A stretch of 17,523 bases of DNA from Thermoanaerobaculia bacterium (GTDB lineage Bacteria; Acidobacteriota; Thermoanaerobaculia; Multivoradales; UBA5704). The stretch covers positions 1 through 17,523 of the forward strand of contig JBGAGQ010000095.1 of NCBI GenBank assembly GCA_044226625.1, read 5' to 3'. The notes beneath the pieces are model-generated. The model made no database searches and was not told the origin of the DNA. It saw only the letters and a program-made list of their open reading frames with translations. The translations under genes were made by a program, and so were the position numbers. This document shows positions 8,212 through 17,523 of this stretch, in pieces; within the stretch, counting starts at the first letter, position 1; each line of letters begins with the position of its first letter.

Positions 8212-8513
8212 GTGGCCCAGAAATACGCTGACGTCCCCCAGAAAACCCCTCGCGCGAGCCAGCCGCCACCGAAACCACGCAATCGAGCCGGTGAAATCTA
8301 CCCGGCGAGTCCCGAAGCAGCCGAGATCACCCTCCAGGTCGGTGGAAAAACCGCCGAAATGGCACACCGAGAGGCTCTTTCGATCGGCAAATCGGGTAGC
8401 GCTGTGGCGTGAGCGAATTTCTGGGTGCCGAAAGGGGTCGTTTGTGTGGCTCGAGGGGTTTCTTGGGTGACACGAGGGGCATTTTGCGCGACTTCGGCGA
8501 ATTCGCCGTTCAC
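8212..8513. repeat. Degenerate 21-bp periodic repeat array in two inverted arms
   Basis: Plus-strand units from 8212: GTGGCCCAGAAATACGCTGAC, GTCCCCCAGAAAACCCCTCGC. Minus-strand units from 8492 downward: GTCGCGCAAAATGCCCCTCGT, GTCACCCAAGAAACCCCTCGA, GCCACACAAACGACCCCTTTC, GGCACCCAGAAATTCGCTCAC. Cross-arm matches are 17/21 and 16/21. Confidence 0.65.
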
Positions 8514-8642
8514 GTCGGCTCTTGGCCGGTGAGGCGAGCGATCGGGGCGCCGACGCCCGGGCTCGGCTCGACGCCGTCGCGGCTCTTCTCACTCGCCGGA
8601 CCGTTCGTCTCCGTGGGCTCCGAAAATTTCTTTGCACCGGGA

Positions 8643-8669
8643 TGTCGATTCCCGGGGATTCCGTTCGAC
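8643..8669 (+). promoter_or_regulatory. ECF42-type promoter (TGTCGA-N17-CGAC)
   Basis: TGTCGA at 8643-8648, 17-bp spacer, CGAC at 8666-8669, upstream of the DGPF gene. This fits the TGTCGA/CGWC consensus described for ECF42 autoregulatory promoters. Confidence 0.7.
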
Positions 8670-8741
8670 GTCCTGGTAGAAAGGGGCAAAGCCAGGCGCC
8701 GAACGCCGGGCCGGACACCCGAAACCGACGAGGAGACCACC

Positions 8742-9176
8742 ATGCGCGTCATCGTAATGGTCAAGGCGAGCAAAGATTCCGAGGCGGGCGTGATGCCCTC
8801 CGAGCAGTTGCTGACCGAGATGGGCAGGTACAACGAAGAGCTGGCGAAGGCGGGGATCATGCTCGCCGGTGAAGGGCTCCACCCGAGCTCGAAAGGGGCG
8901 CGGATCCGCTTTGCGGGCGAGCGGCGGTCGGTGATCGACGGGCCGTTCGCCGAAACGAAGGAGCTGGTCGCCGGCTTCTGGATCTGGCAGGTGCGCTCCA
9001 TGGACGAGGCGATCGAGTGGGCGAAGCGCTGCCCGAATCCGATGCCGGGCTCGGAGGAATCCGAGCTCGAGATCCGTCCGGTGTTCGAAATGGAGGACTT
9101 CGGCGAAGCGGTCACCCCCGAGGTGCGCGAGCAGGAAGGGCGCATCCGGACCGAGATCGAATCGCGGCAGAAATGA
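8742..9176 (+). CDS. YciI family / DGPF (DGPFAETKE) domain protein
   Basis: 144 aa from the ATG at 8742 with a GAGGAG RBS. Motifs MRVIVMVKA, GEGLHPSSKG, IDGPFAETKELVAGFW, EIRP. The ORF track's start at 8409 is an upstream extension. Confidence 0.92.
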   Translation: MRVIVMVKASKDSEAGVMPSEQLLTEMGRYNEELAKAGIMLAGEGLHPSSKGARIRFAGERRSVIDGPFAETKELVAGFWIWQVRSMDEAIEWAKRCPNPMPGSEESELEIRPVFEMEDFGEAVTPEVREQEGRIRTEIESRQK

Positions 9177-9188
9177 GCTGAGGAGGAC

Positions 9189-9208
9189 CCTCCGGCTTGC
9201 GCCGGAGG
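9189..9208 (+). other. Intergenic GC-rich hairpin inside the operon
   Basis: CCTCCGGC-TTGC-GCCGGAGG forms a perfect 8-bp stem with no U-tract; possibly an mRNA-stabilising element. Confidence 0.35.
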
Positions 9209-9234
9209 ATCGGGGATGGTGAGATCGGAGGCCG

Positions 9235-10536
9235 ATGACGGAACGTTCGGCCTCCGAGACCACCGCGCTCCAAACGATCGAGACGGTCTTCCGCATGGAA
9301 CAGGCGAAGCTGATCGCCGGGCTCGCGCGGATCGTTCGCGACGTCGGGCTGGCGGAGGAGCTGGCCCAGGACGCCCTCGTCGCCGCGCTCGAGCAGTGGC
9401 CGGCGACGGGGGTGCCGCAGAAGCCGGGTGCCTGGTTGATGGCCGCGGGGAAGTTCCGCGCCATCGACCGGCTGCGGCGGGAAAAGCTCGTCGAGCGGAA
9501 GCACGGGGAGATCGGCCGCGATCTCGACGCCGAAGGGCGAGATGCCGTGGAGCGATTGGAAGCCGAGATCGACGATCCGATCGGCGACGACCTCCTCCGC
9601 CTCGTCTTCATCGCCTGCCACCCGGTCCTCTCGCGCGAGGCGCGGGTGGCGCTCACCTTGAAGCTCCTCGGCGGCCTCAAGACCGAGGAGATCGCCCGGG
9701 CGTTCCTCATGCCCGAGGCGACCGTCGCGCAGCGGATCGTCCGGGCGAAGCGCACGCTGTCGGAAGCCGGCGTGCCGTTCGAGATCCCGCGCGGCGAGGA
9801 GCTCGCCGCGCGGCTCTCCTCGGTGCTCGAGGTGGTCTATCTGATCTTCAACGAGGGGTACGCGGCGACCGCGGGCGACGACTGGATGCGTCCGCAGCTT
9901 TGCGACGAGGCGCTCCGGCTTGGGCGCATCCTCGCCGGGCTCGCTCCGGACGAGCCGGAGGTCCACGGCTTGGTGGCGCTGCTCGAAATCCAGGCTTCGC
10001 GAACCCGCGCCCGCACCGGTCCGGGGGGCGAGCCGATCCTCCTCCTCGATCAAGACCGATCGCGCTGGGATCGGCTGCTCATCCGGCGCGGCCTCGCGGC
10101 GCTCGATCGCGCGGAAAGCCTGGCTCGCAAGCGGGAGCTTTCGGCGGGACCCTATGCGCTGCAGGCGGCGATCGCGGCCTGCCACGCGCGAGCTCGGACC
10201 GCTGAAGAGACCGACTGGGCGGGAATCGCGAGGCTCTATCGGGAGCTGGGGACGGTCCTTCCCTCGCCGATCGTCGAGCTCAATCGTGCCGTGGCGGTCG
10301 GCATGGCTTTCGGTCCCGCGGCCGGGCTCGAGCTGGTGGATCCCCTGCGATCCGTCTCCGCCCTCGCGGGATACCACCTGCTGCCGGCTGTCCGCGGTGA
10401 TCTCCTTCAGAAGCTTGGCCGGTTCGCCGAAGCGCGGGAAGAGCTCGAACGCGCGGCGGACCTCGCAAAGAATGGACGGGAGCGCGCCTTGCTCCTGGAA
10501 CGGGCCGCTCGATGCGAGGAAGGGGCCGCGGCGTGA
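9235..10536 (+). CDS. ECF42-type RNA polymerase sigma factor with C-terminal DUF6596/TPR extension
   Basis: 433 aa. LAEELAQDALVAALEQWP (sigma2), DDLLRLVFIACHPVL, TVAQRIVRAKRTL (sigma4), VYLIFNEGY, LLDQDRSRWD, GPYALQAAIAACHA. Lies directly downstream of a DGPF gene. Confidence 0.92.
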   Translation: MTERSASETTALQTIETVFRMEQAKLIAGLARIVRDVGLAEELAQDALVAALEQWPATGVPQKPGAWLMAAGKFRAIDRLRREKLVERKHGEIGRDLDAEGRDAVERLEAEIDDPIGDDLLRLVFIACHPVLSREARVALTLKLLGGLKTEEIARAFLMPEATVAQRIVRAKRTLSEAGVPFEIPRGEELAARLSSVLEVVYLIFNEGYAATAGDDWMRPQLCDEALRLGRILAGLAPDEPEVHGLVALLEIQASRTRARTGPGGEPILLLDQDRSRWDRLLIRRGLAALDRAESLARKRELSAGPYALQAAIAACHARARTAEETDWAGIARLYRELGTVLPSPIVELNRAVAVGMAFGPAAGLELVDPLRSVSALAGYHLLPAVRGDLLQKLGRFAEAREELERAADLAKNGRERALLLERAARCEEGAAA

Positions 10537-11765
10537 GCTCGGGCGGGAAAGCCGCATCCGACGCCGCTTCCGGCCCTCGTCCACTCGACGGCATCCGCGT
10601 GCTCGAGATGGGACAGCTGCTCGCGGGACCGTTCGCCGCGACGGTGCTCGCCTATTTCGGGGCGGAGGTGATCAAGGTCGAGCCGCCGGGCGTGGGCGAC
10701 CCGATTCGCACCTGGCGCGTGCTCGATCAGGGGACCTCCCTCTGGTGGTACTCGCTCGGCCGCAACAAGAAGTGCGTGACGCTCGATCTGCGGAAGGAAG
10801 AGGGGCGTGCGCTCCTGCGTCGGCTGCTCGTCGGCGTCGACGTCCTGATCGAGAACTTCAAGCCCGGCACGCTCGAAGCGTGGGGCCTCTCGCCGGACGA
10901 GCTACGTGCGGATCGTCCGGAGCTCCTGATCGCCCGGGTCTCGGGGTACGGCCAGACGGGGCCGTATTCGCACCTCCCCGGCTATGCCTCGGTCTGCGAA
11001 GGGGTGGGGGGGATGCGCTACGTGAACGGCCTCCCGAACCAGGTGCCGACGCGCGCGAACCTGTCGCTCGGCGACACGCTCGCGGGACTTCACGCGGCCC
11101 TCGGGATCGTGCTCGCCCTACTCGATCGCGAGCGGCGCCGCCCGGCGCGCGGGCAGACGGTCGACGTGGCGATCACGGAATCGGTGTTCAACTGCCTCGA
11201 GGCGGTCGTGCCGGAGTTCGACCGCTTCGGGCTGATCCGCGCCCCATCCGGCTCGACGATCACCGGCATCGCGCCGAGCAACGCCTATCCGACGCGCGAC
11301 GGCCGGCACGTGATCCTGGCCGCGAACGGGGAATCGAACTTCCGGCGCATGATGCGCGCGATCGGCCGCGAGGATCTCGCGCTCGACCCGCGCCTCCAAA
11401 CGAACGCGGGCCGCGTCGAGCATCAGGTCGAATTGGACGGCGCGATCTCCGCCTGGACCAGCGGCCGGACGGCCGAGGAGGCGATCGCCGCGATGCGCGC
11501 GGCCGACGTGCCCGCCGGCTCGATCTACAGCGTGGCCGACATGTTCGGCGACCCGCAGTACCTCGCCCGCGACCTGTTCGAAACGGTGGACACGCCCACC
11601 GGCCCGCTCAAGGTCCCGGCGATTTTGCCGAAGCTCGGGGACACGCCCGGCCGGACCGAATGGGCCGGCCCGGCGCTGGGTGAGCACAACCGCGAGATCT
11701 TCGGCGGGCGGCTGGGTCTGACGGAGGGTGGGCTTAAAGATCTCGCTGCGCGTGGGGTGATTTGA
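10533..11765 (+). CDS. CaiB/BaiF family (class III) CoA-transferase
   Basis: PLDGIRVLEMGQLLAGPFAATVLAYFGAEVIKVEPP, RNKKCVTLDL, IENFKPG, SGYGQTGPY, catalytic Asp in SLGDTLAG. The likely GTG start at 10533 overlaps the sigma stop (GTGA). Confidence 0.93.
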   Translation: MSSGGKAASDAASGPRPLDGIRVLEMGQLLAGPFAATVLAYFGAEVIKVEPPGVGDPIRTWRVLDQGTSLWWYSLGRNKKCVTLDLRKEEGRALLRRLLVGVDVLIENFKPGTLEAWGLSPDELRADRPELLIARVSGYGQTGPYSHLPGYASVCEGVGGMRYVNGLPNQVPTRANLSLGDTLAGLHAALGIVLALLDRERRRPARGQTVDVAITESVFNCLEAVVPEFDRFGLIRAPSGSTITGIAPSNAYPTRDGRHVILAANGESNFRRMMRAIGREDLALDPRLQTNAGRVEHQVELDGAISAWTSGRTAEEAIAAMRAADVPAGSIYSVADMFGDPQYLARDLFETVDTPTGPLKVPAILPKLGDTPGRTEWAGPALGEHNREIFGGRLGLTEGGLKDLAARGVI

Positions 11766-11778
11766 GCGACCTGAGCAG

Positions 11779-12013
11779 GCCCCCCTCCTGACCTCCCCCC
11801 GCAAGCGGGGGGGGGGACCCTTCGGCGGGGCGCTGAGTTCTGGATCTGGGCGAATTCCGCTCCGCACATGGGCTTCCTCCCCCGCTCGCGGGGGAGAATC
11901 AAGGTGGGGGTGCCAAACCAGGCCGGGCATTCAGAGGCCCCACTCGCTCCGTTCGGTCACTCATTTCGCAGCAATCTTCCTCCCCCGCTCGCGGGGGAGG
12001 ACCGAGGTGGGGG
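11779..12013. repeat. Cluster of three REP-like palindromes
   Basis: CTTCCTCCCCCGCTCGCGGGGGAG occurs identically at 11873 and 11976, each followed by ...AGGTGGGGG. An inverted variant lies at 11779-11818. The cluster sits between convergent genes. Confidence 0.8.
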
Positions 12014-12030
12014 CGTCCGGAGAAACCCGC

Positions 12031-12933
12031 TCAATCCAGCACGATCCGCGTATCTCGCCCTGACACTTTCCAGGCTCCCTCTTCCTGAACCAGGAACACC
12101 CTGCCGCGGAACTTGTCGCCTCCGAAGCTCTTCCCTTCGACGTCGAGCGCGGCGCGGTTGCCGTTCTGGAGGCCTCCCGTAATCGTCGCGGTCTGGAATT
12201 CCAGGTCGCGGGTGATCTCGAACATCTCCTTCCAGATGCCCCCTTCGAGCTGTTCGGCGATCTCGGTCGCTTTCTCCTTCGCCACGACCTTCTGCAGCGC
12301 GGCCGGATCTTTCTTCGCGACCGCCTTCAGGTAGCTCTGGTATACCTTGCCGGGATCGCCCCCTCCCTTGGGGAGCGGCGTGCCGGCGAGCGAGCCCGCG
12401 AGCAGGTCGACCGCGAACGGCAGGTCGAACTCGTAGGTCTTGTCGAAGAAAGCGTCGGGCTTTTCCGTGTAGTAGCGCCCTTCGAGCCGCCGGTCGTCGT
12501 TCCGCGCGAGCGTGAGCTTGCCCTGGCCGCCGAAGCTGAAGCCGTCGTTCGGCTCGATCGAGCGCCAGTTGCCGTCGGCGCGCTCGCCGGTCTCGTCGAC
12601 GTGAAGGCTCACGTAGGCCCCCTGCTTGGCCTCGACCTGCGCCTCCGCCGCGGCCACCGGGTTGAAATCCTGGTCGGCCGCGGCGCAGTCCAGCGGCACG
12701 CTCGCGAAGACCACCATCCGGCGCACGACGCCCCGTTCGTCGGGCGACGGCACGCGGAAGCCGCACGTGGAGCTGAACGTCGAAGTGATCTTGTCCAGCC
12801 GGAAATAGGGCGCCTTCGGCGCGGCAGCTTTTTTCGGTGCCGGCTTCGCCTTGGCGGGAAAGGCGTCCGCCGGCAGGAAGAAGAGCAACGCGAGGACGGT
12901 CGGGAACAGGGAACGAAGCATGCGTTTCGGCAT
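12031..12933 (-). CDS. Hypothetical exported protein (300 aa)
   Basis: AGGAGG RBS 9 nt before the ATG at 12933. Signal peptide MPKRMLRSLFPTVLALLFFLPADA, Lys/Ala/Pro-rich linker, and a C-terminal segment ending VFLVQEEGAWKV reminiscent of NTF2-like/DUF4878 domains. Confidence 0.75.
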   Translation of the reverse strand: MPKRMLRSLFPTVLALLFFLPADAFPAKAKPAPKKAAAPKAPYFRLDKITSTFSSTCGFRVPSPDERGVVRRMVVFASVPLDCAAADQDFNPVAAAEAQVEAKQGAYVSLHVDETGERADGNWRSIEPNDGFSFGGQGKLTLARNDDRRLEGRYYTEKPDAFFDKTYEFDLPFAVDLLAGSLAGTPLPKGGGDPGKVYQSYLKAVAKKDPAALQKVVAKEKATEIAEQLEGGIWKEMFEITRDLEFQTATITGGLQNGNRAALDVEGKSFGGDKFRGRVFLVQEEGAWKVSGRDTRIVLD

Positions 12934-13106
12934 CGGGTCGAGCCTCCTAGGGTTCTGGACGGTTCGGCGCGGCAGGGCGGCGGACGTTACCGATCGCGGC
13001 GCGATCGGAAGGTGCCGGAAAGATCGTTGACGGAGTTTTTCCCGTTCCTCCGCTGCAAGCAAGTGAGGCCGGGATGTTCCCGCCCTCGACTCGGAGGATT
13101 CGAATC

Positions 13107-13538
13107 ATGCGTGCATCCGCCCAAGCCCTCTCTCTCGCTCTGTTGCTCGCCGGTGGCGCCTCGCTCGCGGCGCGTCCCGCGCAGGCGGTGAACTACTGGC
13201 CCACCGGGACCCCCTACGCCTGCACCTGGTCGAAGCCGAATCCCGCCACCGGAGCCATCGACCATGGCGTCTCGATCGTCCAGTTCTTGGGCATGGTGGG
13301 CGCCGGGCAGTTCGGGGCCGATTTCCAGCGCGCCGGGACGCTGCAGACGACCTACGCGAGCGGCGGCACGCCGAACAGCGTGGGCGTCAACCTCTGGTGG
13401 GATTGGCCGATCGGGGAGAACCAGTTCCTCCTCGCGACCTCGACCAACATCCAGTGCCGCCTGCGAACCTCGAACCTCGGCCACACTCTCATCTTCGACC
13501 TCTGCAATAACGGCGCGGTCCAGAACTGCTCCCAGTAG
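13107..13538 (+). CDS. Small secreted hypothetical protein with four cysteines (143 aa)
   Basis: GGAGG RBS before the ATG at 13107. Signal peptide MRASAQALSLALLLAGGASLAARPAQA; mature part rich in Gly/Thr/Asn/Trp with 4 Cys; strong GC at third codon positions. Confidence 0.8.
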   Translation: MRASAQALSLALLLAGGASLAARPAQAVNYWPTGTPYACTWSKPNPATGAIDHGVSIVQFLGMVGAGQFGADFQRAGTLQTTYASGGTPNSVGVNLWWDWPIGENQFLLATSTNIQCRLRTSNLGHTLIFDLCNNGAVQNCSQ

Positions 13539-13550
13539 GACGGGACGCCG

Positions 13551-13577
13551 GGTAAGGGCGGAGGCGAGTCTCCGCCC

Positions 13578-13582
<5 letters not shown>
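13551..13582. terminator. Hairpin between convergent genes (probable bidirectional terminator)
   Basis: GGTAAGGGCGGAG (13551-13563)/CTCCGCCCTTACC (13570-13582) forms a perfect 13-bp stem overlapping the kinase stop codon. No clear U-tract. Confidence 0.6.
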
Positions 13583-16408
<2,826 letters not shown>

Positions 16409-16412
<4 letters not shown>

Positions 16413-17080
16413 CGCGGTCTCACCGAATGGCTCCGGACGTCTCCGCCGGACGCCTCGGCGAGCTCCGCCTTGAGCCAGGCGCGTGCCGCGCGCCATTCGC
16501 GGGTGACCGTCGCCTCGGAGATTTCGAGCACCGCGGCAGTCTCGTCGAGGGTGAGCCCGCCGAAGTAGCGCAGCTCGACGACCCGCGCCTGCCGCGGGTC
16601 GAGCGCGGCCAGACGATCGAGAGCCCCGTCGAGCGCCAGGACGTCGGCCGCTTCACCGCCACCGCCCGGATCGGCGATTCGTTCGAGCTCCTCCGGTTCG
16701 AGCCCCGCGCGCAAGCCTCTGGGCGGCCGTCGACCGGCGTGTGCGCGCCGCGCGCCATCGACCAACACCCTCCGCATGGTCTGCGTCGCGAGCGCGAAGA
16801 AATGATTGCGGTCGTTGATTTCGAGCGCCCGTCGGCCGAACAGCCGCAGGTAGACCTCGTGCACCAGCTCGGTGGTTTGCAGCGTGAGGCCCGGCGATTC
16901 TCGGCGCATCTGACGCGACGCGAGGCGCTTCATCTCGGCGTAGATGAGCGGGAGAAGCTCTTCGAGCGCCCGCGCGTCGCCCGCGCGCCAGTGATCGAAC
17001 AGCAGGGAGATCGCCCCCGGTGAGCCCTCTGAGCGGAACGGTTCGGACATCGATTCGACCCCGCGCGAGTTTTCGCTCAT
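16409..17080 (-). CDS. ECF sigma factor, TIGR02999 / ECF43-like (kinase-associated)
   Basis: LEELLPLIYAEMKRLA, TLQTTELVHEVYLRL, DRNHFFALATQTMRRVLVD, VVELRYFGGLT, TVTREWRAARAWL. Translationally coupled to the kinase. An alternative start exists at 17050. Confidence 0.92.
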
Positions 17081-17141
17081 TTTGACAGGTTGGTCTCCCC
17101 GGGGAAACGCTTGGTTTCCTTTCGGCGGCGGCAGCTCCCGG

Positions 17142-17523
17142 TCACTCGCGCTCGATCCGCCGTTCGAGCGCCTTCCGAAAGCGTCGGACCGTTGGCCGGA
17201 TCAGAGGGCGGTAGAGATAGCGCAGCAGGGCGCCCGGCACGCCGCGCCCGCGCTCTTCGAGGGCGACGCGGGCGCGCGGATGGTCCATGAACCGAAACGC
17301 GGCCGGCCGGTACTTGCGGTCGTCGCGCCAGAAGCCGATCTTCGAGAGGTGTTTGACGTTCTTGTAGCCGTAGTGATCGGGAGCGACGAGGCGCAGCGGA
17401 GCGCCATGCGCGATCGACAGCGGCTCGCCGTCGAGCCGATCGGCGAGCAGGACGTTCGGAGCGAGCAAATCCGCGAGCGGCAAGCTCGTCGAGGCGCCGT
17501 CCTGGCCGCGCAGGATCACGAAC
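17142..17523 (-). CDS. Molybdopterin-dependent oxidoreductase (sulfite oxidase/MsrP-like family), 5' part outside the window
   Basis: LLADRLDGEPLSIAHGAPLRLVAPDHYGYKNVKHL matches the Oxidored_molyb C-terminal signature. The frame is open to the window edge. Confidence 0.85.
   Translation of the reverse strand, partial: FVILRGQDGASTSLPLADLLAPNVLLADRLDGEPLSIAHGAPLRLVAPDHYGYKNVKHLSKIGFWRDDRKYRPAAFRFMDHPRARVALEERGRGVPGALLRYLYRPLIRPTVRRFRKALERRIERE

Noticed and set aside
8212-8513. CRISPR array
   Set aside because: Units are contiguous and degenerate with no conserved repeat plus unique spacer structure, and there are no cas genes. The REP cluster at 11779-12013 was rejected for similar reasons (few copies, mixed orientation).
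8409-8741. N-terminal extensions in the ORF track (8409 for YciI, 13062 for the exported protein, 16496 for the kinase, 10512 for the CoA-transferase)
   Set aside because: Better starts exist with RBS or stop/start coupling at 8742, 12933, 16412 and 10533, and the extensions lack family similarity.

Overview
High-GC bacterial chromosome segment; the VPS10/BNR protein and ECF-kinase pair suggest Acidobacteriota or a similar lineage (inference). It opens with tRNA-Arg(ACG), followed by a visibly more AT-rich islet carrying an uncharacterised two-gene operon: a TcmP-family methyltransferase-like protein and a DUF5131 (Gp37/Gp68) three-Cys protein. Next come a decayed partial copy of the downstream VPS10/BNR gene and three tandem type II toxin-antitoxin modules: an antitoxin with an internally deleted MazF-like toxin, an intact BrnT/BrnA pair, and a decayed FitA/VapC-like pair. 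The rest looks like backbone: a secreted BNR/VPS10-repeat protein, a membrane protein, an intergenic array of degenerate 21-bp units in two opposed arms, a DGPF/YciI - ECF42 sigma - CoA-transferase operon, REP-like palindromes, two secreted hypothetical proteins, a TPR Ser/Thr kinase coupled to an ECF43-type sigma factor, and the 3' part of a molybdopterin oxidoreductase. The best candidates for undescribed biology are the tRNA-linked TcmP/DUF5131 pair and the 21-bp inverted array. All family calls are from motif recognition by eye, not database searches.
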